NCBI RefSeq assembly: GCF_009834535.1
Contig: NC_045696.1
Location: forward strand, 31,436,001 to 31,500,000
DNA from: Camelus ferus
Lineage: Eukaryota
Reading direction: 5' to 3'
Length of the DNA stretch: 64,000 bases
Under the pieces are notes generated by a model. The model searched no databases. It was not told the DNA's origin and saw nothing but the letters and a program-made list of their open reading frames with translations. Shown piece after piece: positions 39,121-53,900 of the stretch. The translations under genes and the position numbers were made by a program. Numbering within the stretch: the first letter of the stretch is position 1; the number at the start of each line of letters is the position of its first letter.

Positions 39121-41514
39121 GAAAAGCATGGTGAGTTCTGAGGAACCAGTATTATAATAACGATGACTATGGAGTCCAGGATGTCAGGAATTTGAGAGTA
39201 TGAAAAGAGGTAAAGGAGTTATGGGTTAGACCTTTCTAATTATTATGGTCTTTGGTCTACTGGCAGTTTGAAGGGAAATCTCAGTTCACTATTTCTTAAA
39301 GAAGAGATCTTGAATATGCGTAGATAGCCTATGTAGTAGAAGACAATGAAAACAGAAAGAAGAAAGAGAAAGCAAGCACTGATGAAAGAAATAGCTTAAA
39401 GTTTTGGAGACCAATAGTTTTTCCTCACACAATGAAAGTGTTCAACCAGAGTTTTTATAAGAAGCAGCAATATAATTTGAGGAGGATGCTTGAAACCACC
39501 TTTGAATTGTATTTTATGAAAGTCTGAAGGGACACCAGTTGTTTAGAAATCTACAAGGTCTTCATTCCCCTGGCTCTGAACACTGTCACCATTACAACTC
39601 ATAAATGAATAGAATTTTATTTGTTGAAGCAGAGATAAGAAAATCAGTTATGAAAAAATTATCTGAAGTCATTTAGGTGAGGGGAATAATATTCAAGAAC
39701 CTCAAATTTCATTGCCTCTGTTTTAAAACCATAATAGAAGTTAAAGCCATCTACTAAGAAGTGAGGTGATTAAGTTCGGTATTTCCAACTTTATGGCTGG
39801 TTACTTATATGATTTGGTCTATACAGAGGGAATATAATTACATGGAGAAAATCTGAAATTGAGAGGAAGACATGGGGGAGTATGATTATGTTTGGGGTGA
39901 AATGTCAGGAGAGATAGGAATATTATAGTTGACTAATTCTAAAGCTTGAGATATCAAGTATGACACAATTCTGGTGATAACAGTACCTATAGGGTATGTA
40001 TTTTGATGCATCACTGAAATGAAGAAGAAATAAAATACATTGATTTAAAGCCATTAATTGAACAGGAGAAAGAACTATGACTTTACAATAGTAGAGAATT
40101 ACAAATCTTACGTTTCATTTCCCAAATACTTCAGATAATTTCATGAAATGCCCTTTAGATGTCTTTCATGACGTGCACGAGTTTAATACTTACACATTAC
40201 CAAAAAAAAAAATGAGCAAAGGAAAAAAAAGAAAAGAACAAGTCTGTTCATTTTAGTGCGGAGGGGGGAAAAGTGGCAATGGTTAATTCATTTCTGGTAG
40301 TGTAGGCACAGCCTCACTCTGAAGGAATTGAATAACTTACTCAGGTTCTGGCAGACTGCCCCTGACTCCTGATTGCCACGCTCTCAGGCACTTGATAGCA
40401 AGATCTATTCTTTACAGACTCAGCCATGCCCATTATCTTCTTTTAGGAGATTCTCTCATATACATGACCATAACATTTTCAAACTCTCTAGGATCATTAG
40501 CACACTATCTCTCTTTCACCTCTCTTATCATTTCCCAGGCTTCAGAAATTCAATTCACTTTTCTGTAAGTTGTTAAAACTCTGAGAATGCAGTTCTTAGT
40601 ACTTACCACACTAGGAATGTTTATATAGCACGACAGAATCTATCCATTACTTCTTAAGTTTCCTCACACAATGAAGGCATTCAACAGAATATTCATGATT
40701 CAACCAGGAGGAATAAAAGACTTATTATGTAACCCTTCTGAGGTGACATTTAGCTCATGACTAATCACAGCTGCATAGTTGTTTTACCTATTAAAACTTA
40801 CAGCATTCTAAGAATTGAACCTTTTTCTTTCATATAAGGTCCAAGATAAAAATTTAGATTGCTTTCACACTGAATGTTTTAGTTATATAACAAATGAGAT
40901 AATCATGATGGCTTGATTGTGATTGAATTTTTTAAGAAACACCTTAACAATTTGAGAGATTAGTTTAGCATGAATAGAAAATAAATCAAAAACAGCAAAT
41001 ATTGTTCCTTTTTCTATCATCATGGATACCTACTCTTTTCCCAACTATAATTTTCATAAAGCTCATTTTGTCAAGACAGAGAAATTTGCATATGTATCTT
41101 TAGCAGCTTCTTTATTTCCATAGGAGTAGAGTGTTACCTTTGTATAAAACTCATTCTAATGGAAAGAGAACCAAATCTATTGCAATATTGTCATTTTTCA
41201 ATAATCACTATCAGACTTTAATATTATATTATGTAAAATATTCTCATTGCTATGAATATTAAAAAAACAAAATTTTATAAGATTACATTTTATAAGATAA
41301 AAAGCCTATGTAGAGCTCTGGCTAATAGCTATTTAGAGCATTATATTATCCGTTCAAAAATTATAAACAAATCAACCCAAAAAACTAATAAATTAAATTT
41401 AGATATCATTATTTTTCAGTTATTTTTCTAAGTCATTCCAGCCAGGAATCTTTAACTACACCAGTTAGATTCAACCCTACCTGTTGATTCTTATCAACAG
41501 ACAAATGGCCCTTC

Positions 41515-41830
41515 CAAACTGTGTAATCTGAGGAATCTTTAATAAATTGACTATTTACCACATTGATGTGGCATGTGTTTAAGGAAACCAGCAAGGAAGA
41601 TGAAGTACCCTAAGGTCAGCAATATGAAGGGGGGCATTCCCACCCGAAGGCCTGAAAAATACAAAAGGTCAGGTTCCAAAACATAAAGATGGTACAGATA
41701 ATGTAAGAGTTCTGTGAATGGAACTATGACTTTTATTGAGGGGGACAGTCAACTCATTGCAAATCGGCAAGCAGAGAGCTGAGAAAATAAATTTCTTGAT
41801 CTCATTTACTTCTCTACATTGCTGTTTTAC
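41515..41830 (-). mobile_element. ERVL LTR fragment (LTR33-like)
   Basis: ctttaataaattgactatttac...aaggaaaccagcaagg...gaagtaccctaagg...aggcctgaa. Confidence 0.5.
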
Positions 41831-43499
41831 TGGATAAAAAAACTATATATTTTACTTGATATTTTGCAATTTCATATACATATTTTGAAAATACTGATAT
41901 TTTGATAGGTCTACGAAATGAAGTAAGTCGATAAATAAAAATACGTTATATATTTTTTTCTGTTATGATTTTTAATGTGTTGATACAACTTGTTCTGTTT
42001 TTTTCACTTTGTTGACAGATGTTTTATTTTTTAACTGTTGGAATATTTATTAAAGACTATAATCCAATGCTGATAATTAACTCTGTCAATATCAACAGTT
42101 AGTTACACTCTAGTAATTTCTGTTAGAAATCTGTATATGTATATTTTCAAAGACATACAAGTCGATAAGCAGGAAAAAAAACTGTCAGGCTTACTTTTAT
42201 TTTTGTGAATAAATTGTTATTTTTTTCATTAAAAAAACTTTCCAAAGTTTTTTTTTTTCTTTTTCCTCTAGTTTTGATTTTCAATAGGAATGTCATTTTA
42301 TAATCCATGGTAATTATCTACTATTGAACTTAAAGAGTCAGCCACTTGATGGAACCTCAACATAACACAGCAAACAACAAGAATGCTGAAAAGAAAAGGA
42401 CAGAGTTTGTAGAATTTCATCTGCTTCTTTCCCTCTATAATTACGTTGTAAAAAAAATAAATCCTCAGGCTATGCACCTTGTGTTAAAATAACTAACTTA
42501 TTGAGAAATATCATATAAAGGCACACACTTGAGAATAATAAGTCCTATGTAGTTTCAATAAATATTTGATAATAGTAATCATGGTGATGATAGGTGATAT
42601 TGCTAAAATGTTTCCTACAATATTCAGCTGACTACTGACTAAGCCCATTAAACACAACAGGGTATTTCGAGATCTAACTATTAGCAGCCCTTTAAGAAGG
42701 AAATTAAATAATGAATGATGAAATATTAACTCAAATATGTTAAGCCCTTTACTCTCCTTGAACGCATTTTATCCTAAAAAGAAAGATTTTTGACAAAGAG
42801 TAAAACTTCTCATGATGCTTGTTTTGAAGACTGGACATACCCCACTTTTCAACCTACTTGTGTAGAGATTACTGGTGCCTCACTCAAAGCCCCTTTACTG
42901 GGGATTTTTTGTTTCAAGTCATAGAAAATACGGGGATTCTTTTTGAAGGACAGTGTATGTGAACGAGGATACATGTACTTTAACTTTTCAATATACTGTT
43001 CTAATACTTATCAAGCTAATCTGAGGATGTGAGTAAACCAAAAATCCTGTTCAAATGCTATACGTTCCTTTGTGAATACAGATTTTATTAATGCATCTAA
43101 ATATATTTGAATGCTTATCTCTTGCCCTTGTTTTCTCAACTATTTTTGCCCTCAAAGCACCAAAGAAATACTACTTACCATATAGCTTTGTTTAAAAAAA
43201 AATCATTTTGGTAATGTCATACAAATTCTCAGGAAAAAAAGACTGTAACCTGATACTGAGCTTACCAAATTTCTTCTTAATCACTACTACCCACTTTACC
43301 TAATCATAAAGTTGACTATGTATTATTCTTTCTTAGAAGATTATCCTACAAATAGATTAGAATGACTAAAACCCTAGACTGAGTCCAAGCCTGTGCTCTC
43401 TCATGAGGATAATTATACCAAGGAGAAATCATCCTAAAGAATATTAAAGTGAAATTGCTGATTTCAAAAATTTGTACTCTGTGCAGTTCTGTTTCAACA

Positions 43500-45470
43500 A
43501 GTTTGCCATCAGTTTAGTCCTACAAACTATATAAGAATATGTATTTCTTATATGCCACGAGGGCACTAAATATTATCAATCTTTTAAATCTAAACACTTA
43601 TCAATCTAATAGATTAAAATGGTTATCACATTATTATTTTAATTGATATTTTCCCATAGATTAAGCATGTTTTAGTATATGGTATGTCTTACAAATTTAG
43701 TCATAAAATATTTTTCCTCAACCTGTTTAATGCTTTTAACATTTAATGTCATTTAATGTCTGCTATGAACATGGCAATAATATAGTGGTATTGTGATGTG
43801 ACTATTTGCTGGTGCTTTCTGACTATCCCTCTATTTTTAACCTCTCTTCAATACTTTCTTTTAGGAATATTTCTTTTTAAACAACAAATAATCTAGTTCT
43901 GTTTGTGAAATCCATCTTTAGTAATAAATGATTCATTTAACATTCAGATGTACTTTATCAGATTCCAATACTTTTATTTTTCTTATTTGTTTCTTTTTTA
44001 AATGATCATTTTCCTTTTTCTTATTTTTGCTTGTTTTGCAAGTTATTAGTGCTTTGCCTTTGTTCTGTTCAATTTCAACTCTGTATTTCACCTCTCCTAG
44101 CAACTATATCCCTGTTTCTAACACACTGAAGATATCCTTGCCCTTAGCCTTGTTGTTATCATTAAAAAATAAGATACCTAATTAGTTTTCCCTAATCCCA
44201 TCACCACCAGAGTACTCTCTAACTACACTCCTCGTCTTTGATGCCAATTAAGGAAAGTCTTTAGAAAGTATTTTAGCCCTCTAAACTCCCCTAGATATAG
44301 CTGTCTCCAAAAGCCTAAATTCATGAGGTTTAATATTTTTGTTCCTAGCTGTTGGGTGGTAAGGTTTTTCTTAAAATGGGTTTATTTTATTCTAAGAATG
44401 CCAATAGTCATTCTCTTTTCTCTTTATATGCAACTATGCTTATTATAAATCTCATTGGTTAGCACTGTCTTTGACCATTAATCTGTATTGAAATGTCATA
44501 GATTACACATTTGATTTTTGTCTGGAGTATATTTCCACACGCATGATTTACTCTCTAAGTTCTTTCATATCAGTTAATATCTTTATTTAACACTAGAAAG
44601 AAAGTGAAGGTTTGATTATATTTAGAATGTTAATGTCACTGTACATTTTAATCTGTAGTTTTTAGCCCTTATTATACTCTTTTCCCTTTCTTGAGTTGTA
44701 AACAAAAAGTCAGATGTCAAGTATTCCCTTAACAAAATGTGTTTTTTTAGATCAGGAAACATTCAACATTTCTGCTTTTATTAAGTCCATCTTGTCTAGA
44801 TCATGGTGAATTATTTCAAATGATAGATGTCCACAGGTGCTGTTATCTTTCCATTATTGTATATTTCTATCTCCTTGTTTATTTATTTATTGTTTTAGAA
44901 TTTGTGCTATCATCAAATGTCTCCGTGTTTTTTTTTTTTATTTCCTTTCTTTTCTGTTCACATTCATTGCATCTTCTTTAGATTCTGCATTACTTATTTG
45001 TAAATGATGGCTTTTTTTTCTCTAGCTATTTCAGGCTAATAATTTAGCTCTTAACATTGATTATCTTCATTAATTAGGGTTAATAATTCTAAATTCATTT
45101 TTCTAAGAAATATTTCCTCACAATTTACTTTTTAAATTTATTTATATATTGGACTGATCGTCCTTTTACAAGTTTTTTTATTTCACCATGAGTTGACTGT
45201 TCTCAGTGTTTTGCTCAGTCTTCCTTAGTCTCAGTGTTGAGTTCTTTTTTATTGAATTTGCTCTTTTATTATTATGTACAGAACTTATTTATACTTATGT
45301 CTTAAATTCTTTCTGGTATTAGCAGAATACTGGCCCCCTTTGTTTAATATTTGTCATATTCTTTATGTCTCTTTATTTCTACCTTTCTTTCATATGTGTA
45401 TGTTTGAGTGTTTTCTTTGTGATTTTCTTGAAGAAATATTATATTTTCATATCTTTTCAAGTCACTGAAA
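43500..45470 (-). mobile_element. Highly decayed old L1 fragments
   Basis: T-rich plus strand with scattered antisense L1-like motifs; family uncertain. Confidence 0.4.
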
Positions 45471-46769
45471 TGAACAATGGAAAATAGTGAACAGCTTTCA
45501 AAACATCAAATGCTGGAAGTCCATGGCCTAGTTCTTATCAAAAGTCAACATTGAAGTCTGCCTTTTACAGCTTCTCCTATCTACGTTCAACAATTTTCAC
45601 ATTTACCAAGCGATTCTCACTTGGTCCCAAATGTCATCACTTATCTTTCTTGATAAGTGAAAACAGGTGTCATGTTTCTTCACACTTACTCATATATTTT
45701 ATAAATTCCTGCCACATCACAGGTTTTCATAGTTAATATCTGGTCTTACAACAGTTTCAGCCAGGAATTAAGATGGGAACACATTTCAGGTGTAGCGTAT
45801 GGAATATAAAAATACAGAGAGACTGAGAAGGAAAGAGGGCAGATCCATTTCAGGAGTATGTCAGGATCATGGAAGTGAAAGAGGCAGAATTGTTATCCTT
45901 GGTCTGTGCTTGGTGTAATTCTGCCACATATCAGTGATATTACCATGGAAAAATTATTATCCACTTGAAGTTCCAATTTTCTAGTCTATGCAATGGGAAT
46001 AATGATATTTTCGGCAGATTAAGGTGTTTATGTATACATTTACATTGGTACTTTGACACTTAGGTTTTAGAGTTTGATTTCAATATATACAAATGTTGAG
46101 CTCTCATTATTAATTAAATGTAGAGAAATTAATAAAAACTAAAATACTGTTATTTTATATAATAATATATTTACTACTTTTATTACACAAATGGTGATAG
46201 TCAAATTAAAATAAGTTGACACTATAACTTAAATTCCATTTGAATTAAAGATGATTCTGAAATTCCAATCCCATTTATACTTCTTTTCTTCTTTAGTATA
46301 TTTAAATTATAAATTCTCTCATAACATTAATTACTCCAAAACAAATTTTCAGCATACAGTTTTTCTGTTCACATTTCATGTTAATTCTTGCTTGCTTAGT
46401 ACAAAGAAAAGCATTTAAAATTATTTTATAGAATTCAGAAAGATGCATGATAAAATCAAGTACCTATTTTATTTAAGGTAGATTGATTCCACGTAGATTT
46501 TTTTTCCTTTTGAATTCATAAAGTGTGGTAAATGTAGTGCCGAAGAGATTATACATAACTATATGAAATGGAAAAATCACATTTAAATTGAAAGGCTAAT
46601 TTAAAGTTAAAATTAATAAAAATAAATATAATACAATCAAATAATAGAAATATGATTAGTATCAATTTGTTACAATGTTTATTAACTTATAAATATATTA
46701 CATTTGACACTATTATAAAATTCACCATTTTCTAAGAAATCTTTGAGAAAGAGAGAGAGAATCTCATTT

Positions 46770-46885
46770 TCTAAAACAATTCCATGAGTTCAGTCCTATT
46801 TCCATCTCTATTTTACAGACAAGGAAACTGAGGTACAGAATAGTAATGAATTTTCCAGGATCACATAGTTAAGTATGCAGTCTCA
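46770..46885 (-). mobile_element. MIR SINE
   Basis: ctattttacagacaaggaaactgaggtacaga...ccaggatcacatagttaagt. Confidence 0.75.
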
Positions 46886-47639
46886 TTGATTTTATTTTAC
46901 TTACATATAGCATTTTAATACTTAAAAGCCATATTTTGATTTTCTGAGTTTCAAAGACAATACTAGGCATAGTTATTCACATTTCTATTTCTAAGGAAGA
47001 TTTTACCTTATCCTAAATTTGTTTCAGCATGTGAAATGTAGCATTTGGGAAAGTGATTTTTAATAGTCCTTTAAAAAAATGCATGGATGAATGCTATTAT
47101 CAAAACAAATTAAACAGATTTAAAATGCAAATGATGTAGTCTTTTATTTAGAGAAGAAAATAAAGATTCATTAAAATATTCAACTACAATTTACTTCTAA
47201 ATAAGAATTACCATTTATAATATCGGGACACAGCCTTTCCTTTTGAAGAAAAATCATGAAATTATTCTCATCCATATTGTATGTCATGCCCTAGTGTGAA
47301 TATGTGTTTCTCAAAGTAGCATCTCATTCCATAAATTTTTGAAGAAAAGGATAATGTTTGGAGATGAAGAACAGAATAAACATCTATATAAGGAGTAATT
47401 TAATTAGATGATTCCACCAATTAAATAGGATTAATTATGTGACTTCAAATGGCTTAATTTCTATCCGAATACTTGGCTTTGTTAAAATAAATATTCACAT
47501 ACACAGCTTGGTGTAAAAACAATGTCAAAACAAGACAAATGGAAATTTTTTCTGTTTTTTTTACTACAGAACCTCAAATATCACGCTAAAGTAAACCCTC
47601 ATTTTTATGTATTGATTCTGTTTATAATAAATATATGTT

Positions 47640-50110
47640 CAATCATTTCTACCATTTAGACTCCAGCAATGTCTGTGTCCTTCCTTCTCCTCTGCCAGAT
47701 CCTGCCCTTTTCATTCCTGTCTTCTCCCTTCATAGCCATGTTTATTAGTAAACTTCAATGTAAATTCTCCTCCCATCACTCCAATGAAATTGTTTTGCCA
47801 AAACCACCAATAATTCCAATTTGTCTGTTACAATTATCTACTTTTTTTTTTTTTTTTGGTCTTAATCTTTCTAGATATTTTGTGTGCATTTGCCCCATGG
47901 TTTGCTTCTAGAAACTTTCTCCACCCCTTTGGTTTCTAAGGCGTAATGCTACTAGTTCTCTCCTTTTCCTAACCACTAACCAGCAGTATGATTGGTGATC
48001 CTGTCTGAGCCTGTCTCCTGACCTTGACCTATGCATGCTTTTGACTGACTTCATTTTCCCCCAAGACTCTAGTAACTAAATACAATAAATCTCCATTACT
48101 GTCATCTCCTGTGAGAGTCACAAATGTGCACTACTTATTGCCCCATGGGTATGCAAAACTGATGAGGACCAACTGAGATCTCCCTATCTCCTCCTTCAAA
48201 CTTTCTCTTTATCCATTTATCTCCTTGGTTTCTGTCATCTTCTTACTCTTCCAAGATTAAAGCCTGAGAGTCAGCCTATCTGCTCTTCTCCCTGTCTCAT
48301 ATTCAGCTGATCACAAAACTGTGTCACTGGGGACCTCATTAACAATCTTCACAACTGCAGCCTTCTACTACCTATGCTACCTTGATCTACAACATTAAGA
48401 CTTCTTATTTCTGTTCTCCTTCAATCAATTCTTTTAATTTTCATTGGTTATTGGTTTTCATTGGTTATTCTAAAATGCCATTATCATATCACTTCAATTC
48501 AGAAGATTATTTTATTTTCATTTCCTTATATTTTCATCTTGTGCTTTATTTTTATCAAACAGCACATCCAAACTAAAGCTACTGCTTTTTTATTCCTTAC
48601 TTTTTCTTTGTCAGATATCACATATTCATTTAGTGGGAGTACTTCATGTAGTTGCCTCAAACCTGGTTATCGTTCTCTTTAAACAACTGAGCAAATGACA
48701 ATATCCATAACTTTTTGGTAAATCTATATCCTAATTCCCATTACCTTAGTCCAGACTACCATCCTCTCTTTTCTGAACTGCTACAACTAGTCCCTAGTTA
48801 TGCCTTCTATCCTTGTGAATAGCATCTCTCCACACTACAGGAACCTGTCTTTTCCAGCACCCAGGTGTGAAGACAATGATCTTCCCATTCTCATCTGCTT
48901 CAGAATGAAGCCCAGATTTCTCATCAGAACATAGAGGGCTTACTGTGATCCATTTTCATTATGCTCCAACTTCATCTGGCCCACTTCACATTTTTTTCCA
49001 ACCATACTAAATGTATTATATTTTCTTGAAATTTCCATGCTTTCTTTGCTTTTATCATTTTACACAAAACAGTTCTGACTTCTGGAATGTCTCTTTTCTT
49101 CAGCACACTCAGTACACTTTTCTGACTAACCTCGTCTGCAGGATTAAATAAAACATTTCCTCTGCATGAATCTTTCCTCATACCTAAAGACTCATTTAAC
49201 TATCGCCCTAACTGCACTTTCCTGAATACTTGTCCTGTATCTCCAATGTTACCAACGGTCTTGAAGAAGGAGAAAACATATTATTCATTGTAGATCAAAC
49301 ACTGATTGGAGAACCTGACACATAGAAGAAAATCAATAAAATTTTTATAATGAATTAATTTTCTTAAATATCTGGCCACTTCATGATATTTGTGTTTCAC
49401 CTAGTTTCAGCTTCCCAAAGTTATAGTGCTGGCACACATAGTGGTATCATTAAACAAACATTTTTGGGTTGTAGCGCTTCAGCGTATTTCTACACTTTGA
49501 TTAATTTAAAATTCATTTTATACACATTGGAGGTACTCTCTCCTTTACAAAGCTGCTATTATCAACTTGCATTGGATAGATATCTTTTCTAAAACTCTTA
49601 CGTGCCCACCTTTAATAGGCCTTTATTGTACTCTGTTGTCTTGGGTTGTCATAGATGGTTGTAGTATATTCCCTAATTGACTTTGAGCTTTTGAGGAAAG
49701 CTATCCTGAATTTGTAATTCATGAATGTTTCCCATTTTCTGACAATAGGTACTCAATAAATATTTCTTAAATGAATAATATAAACTATGCCCTATCAGTA
49801 CTGAATGTATTTGATCCTATTGCCTTTCTATAGAATATGCATTTTCTACAATGATATCTGGTGAATTCTCACACATTCTCAAGAGTTTAGCACAAATGTC
49901 CCTTCCCCAGTTAAACATTGCCTTAGACATCATTTTCACACTCAGTAAGGACCCTTTGAGCCTTTCCACTGATAGTGCACTCAGCGTGCTTGACTTATAT
50001 TGTCGTATATCCTTGTATTGTAGTATGACAGTAAGTTTTGGGGACTGGATCCTGGCTCTCTTCGTCTTCATATCCTCAACACATAGCAAATTCCTTGCAC
50101 ATGGTTCCCC
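47640..50110 (+). mobile_element. Cluster of L2 fragments
   Basis: cccatcactccaatgaaattgttttgcc; ccttagtccagactaccatcctctct; several L2 3' termini (tcaataaaatttttataatgaatt ~49335; ggtactcaataaatatttcttaaatgaat ~49750). Confidence 0.65.
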
Positions 50111-52294
50111 TATAATACTTTTTTCTGCTAAATTGAAAGGGTTCATTTTTTTTCTTATAAGACTTAATACAACAAATTTTAGAGAAACAGTGCCTTCTTT
50201 TAGACATTAAGGGAATTTAGACATGAGTTGATGAAACCAGAAAAACACACTGTATTTGTCATGAGTAAGAGAGAGTATCTTTAGTTCTACTTGCAAGTAT
50301 TGTAATATGACTCAAGATCACATCACCAACTGATAGAGGAAAGAAACGTACTATAATATAGATTATTTGATTTTAATTTTCAGTATAAATAAAGACTATC
50401 AGAATTAGACCTTATGATTTTAATGTTCTGGGTGGTCTTTTCTACTGGAAAGGGAGATTTTCCTTTATAAGTAATCATATTGACTCTGAGATTAAGCAAT
50501 CTCTTACTAATTATAACACTAAAAATCAAAGTTCTTAGCCTATTAAATTTTAGATAAACACAAAGATTTTAAACCTTGTGATTAATGAGGAATCACTGAA
50601 AAGTTTTCCAGAAACATAGCTACGATTTTGACTGTTTTCTTGGTTGTTAAATTTTCCATTTTTCTTCTCAATAGTCTATCACTACAACATTCCCAAACAA
50701 AATGAAATAAAAAGAAAAATCATTGTTTGGCTCCTGAAATTCTCTCCTGTACTTATCCCAAAGAGCATCCCATTTAAAGGTATTCCTATGAGCGGTCAGT
50801 GAGGTTAGGTAGCCTTTTACTTGACAGGGTTTCAGTCCAAGTAGAAGACAAGAAGAAAATTTATCCTTAGAGAATAATTTCAGAGTTAACTTTTGTACAG
50901 CAATTCCCTAGAGGTTAAGTTAAGAAATAAACTGAACACAAACACATTTCTGCAGAAAATTGTTTGGGTTGGTTCATTCTCCACTGCAACTATATCTGTT
51001 TCACTTTCCTTTTTATGGGAAGATGTGTTTAAATGAGTTATGCTTTAATGGAGATATTTTAGAAATTCAGAAGAAAGTATAGAAAGTACAACTACTACTG
51101 GATATAATTGCTTCCAAATCTAGGTTATTTTAAGGATATGTTTAACTATCAGGGCAGTAGCTCTTATATAATTTATTGCTGGTGTTTTTCTATTGTTGAG
51201 TCAGCTAACGCAAGTATAAATCAGCAACTGTACTACAGATATTTAGTAACAATATAAAGCAACAAATGAAACAACTAATATTAAACAAAATCTTGCTTAT
51301 TTTTATAAGCTTGTAGGCTCTATGTTTCTGGAATATTTTTTTGCATAAAAACTAGCAACTTTTTGCCTTTCTTGGATAAAATAAACTCATTACAACACTT
51401 TGTGGTAATTGCTGTATCTATACATTTTTTAATAAATGGTGTGACATGCAAAAAATAAATATAATTCTCTTGGGTAATTGTGTTTGCAGTTGTGTTTTCT
51501 TCCCTGCAATTATCTCTACTACCATCCTAATATATGGGGTCATGATCTAATTTTCCATTGCTTTTGGGATAATGATTCTTAGAAAATGTTATTTACCATG
51601 AATTTCTTCATGTAATGAAAATCTAAAGAATATGCAGTTTAAGTACACATGGCATAGGCAAGATTACAAACAGGGAATACTCTGATTTTGTTTATCATTA
51701 GGAATGAAGATAGGGCAAAAATAACAAGAAGTGTATTGAATGACATAAGTAGAAAGTTTCAATCCAGTAAGTCAATTAATTGTTTTCTACATCAAAGTAA
51801 TAATAAAATGCTGTGTATTTATAACTTGTGATCACTAGGCATAAGAATTATTATAATATTTACCTCATACATAATTTTATATTTTAACTTCCTTCCATAT
51901 TGTTAACCCTCTACATTATTCCAGTGGTCTTTACAACAATTGTACTTTTAAAGCAGTTACTTAAAAACAAATGAGTTAGCTCCTTTTTATAATATCTTAA
52001 AATCACAAAATCATTTGTATAAATATAGATTTACAACTTTATTTTGACAGTGTTTCAATTTGCAACTGAATTCTGTCAACATTTGGATAAAATAACATCT
52101 GTCCCTTAGGGAAGACCTACCATTTATCACTGTGTTATGGGAAAGATACTTTTACATATTTATTGTATATACAATATATACAATATTTATTACATGAGTT
52201 GTATTTACTATATCAAATGTAATAAAATGAAAGTTTCCTGAAATTATATGTCTTAATCAAAACAAGAAACTGCTCTATATCAAAGAAAGTAATA

Positions 52295-52420
52295 CACAGA
52301 GGAAGACAGAAAGCAAGAAGAAGAAGGGAGATAGGAAAGGAGGTAGGGCGGGACATAGGAAGAAAGGGAGGGAGAAAAGAAGGAAAAGAAGAAGGAAGGA
52401 AAGAAGAAAGTGAAAGAAAA
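52295..52420. repeat. GA-rich polypurine low-complexity tract
   Basis: Seen directly (gaggaagacagaaagcaagaagaagaagggag...). Confidence 0.85.
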
Positions 52421-52457
52421 TCTGATATTGTATCTCTTAATCCATTTTGTACAGAGC

Positions 52458-52482
52458 AAAAAAAAAAAAAAAAAAAAAAAAA
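52458..52482. repeat. poly(A)25 run
   Basis: Seen directly. Confidence 0.95.
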
Positions 52483-53099
52483 GCCCCTTAAATGTGACCT
52501 TAGTTATAATGATCGCTACCTCAAATACAAAGTTTCTCAAATTCAGGTCTTAAAGTTTAATCTATTCGATAATCAAGCCTCTTTCTTACTTTATTTACTC
52601 TACTTATTTTACTCTTTCTTACTGATTCTAGTAATTTATTCTACAGAGTTTTCTTTTGCATGCATGTATATGTAATAAACACTCTGAATTTCCATCAAAA
52701 GGGTACTGATTTAGTACAGTATGATGCATCTATAAATGAACCACAGTGAAATGGGTTAGAAATATACATGCCGATTTTTATTTTAATGTCAAATATAACT
52801 TCCTAGCTGAAAAAAGGAAATCACAGAATATTGGAGTCCTCTTTTGTATAAAGAGATTGAAAGTTCATATTGTATAAAAAATATAAAAATTGCATATTTA
52901 AGAAAGGTACATAAATATTACAGAAAGTATGCTCTATTACACCACTTACAAAATTTATTGACTGCAGATCATATCTTTAAATTTTAAGCAAAAATTTATC
53001 TTGGTTAAACATTTATACAAATAAGAAATATGAAATAATTCTACATGATTGCACAATATATAACTTCTTCCAAATATTTTTTGAGTCTATATATAAATA

Positions 53100-53900
53100 G
53101 GGACTGGATTATCATTTAATTGGGGATTTTTATTTTCTAATTATAGAATAATATATACCATTTTGGAAAAAAGCTTAAAAAGTATTAAACACATTTGATT
53201 CTAATAATATGTATGTATGTTTTATACATATCTTTGTCTTGATTTTTCATCTTTATATATAATTGATTTTGTATATCATCTATAGTATCATTTCAATGAT
53301 AAAAAATCCTTCTATCATATGAATATCATAACTGGTTCATCATCACTTTACAAATATTATGTGCATTTCTGAGCATCCTATAAAGCAGAATTTAAAAGTG
53401 AAAAACTAGATATATTTAAAAGCTCCTTTTCTATACTATTTTACCATTTAAAACTTCCACACAATATGTGAAAATTCCATTCTTCCAAGCACTGAGAAAC
53501 TTTTACTTTTAACTATCTTTGATAATTTGATGGAAAAAAATTAGTTTGTAATAATCTAAATATTAAAATTAATCATGTGTTTGAATACAGCTTACCATTT
53601 CTCATGAAAAATCAACCACTCTTAATTCTGTTATTTTATTAGACTATTATTATATCATATTTTATATAGTTTTTAACATTTCATTCAACTTTACATTCAA
53701 ATTAACAAGATATATCTGCCCTCTGATCTATCCGTGAATATTTATCCAGTATTTACTATGTCAGTCTTGCTTTCCTATTTCTGAATGATCTCTTTTTGGC
53801 TTTAAGTGCTATATGTAAGAAATACATGTGGGTAATAAAGTTTTGTGTCTTTCCTATTTGCTTTTGTTTTTTTTTTTACCAGGTATCTTTGACAGCACCC
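53100..53900 (-). mobile_element. Old L1ME-type fragment
   Basis: ctattttaccatttaaaacttccacacaatatgtgaaaattcca and a T-rich antisense L1 pattern. Confidence 0.45.

Larger units (their letters stand above)
35440..40080 (-). mobile_element. L2 fragment interrupted at ~36195/39121 by an L1/ERV composite
   Basis: Antisense L2 motif (gtcattggtgac-like) is duplicated on both sides of the insert, and L2-like sequence continues after 39135. Confidence 0.55.

Noticed and set aside
41830..42300. Possible ancient hAT transposase remnant on the minus strand
   Set aside because: Only a vague resemblance; no TIRs or diagnostic motifs that I can support.
51290..51470. 3' UTR-like stretch with several AATAAA motifs
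   Set aside because: AATAAA is common at this AT content; there is no upstream exon, poly(A) tail or TSD.
52458..52482. A25 run (and T24 at 2720-2743) as an orphan retroposon tail
   Set aside because: No TSD or element body is visible; slippage expansion explains them.
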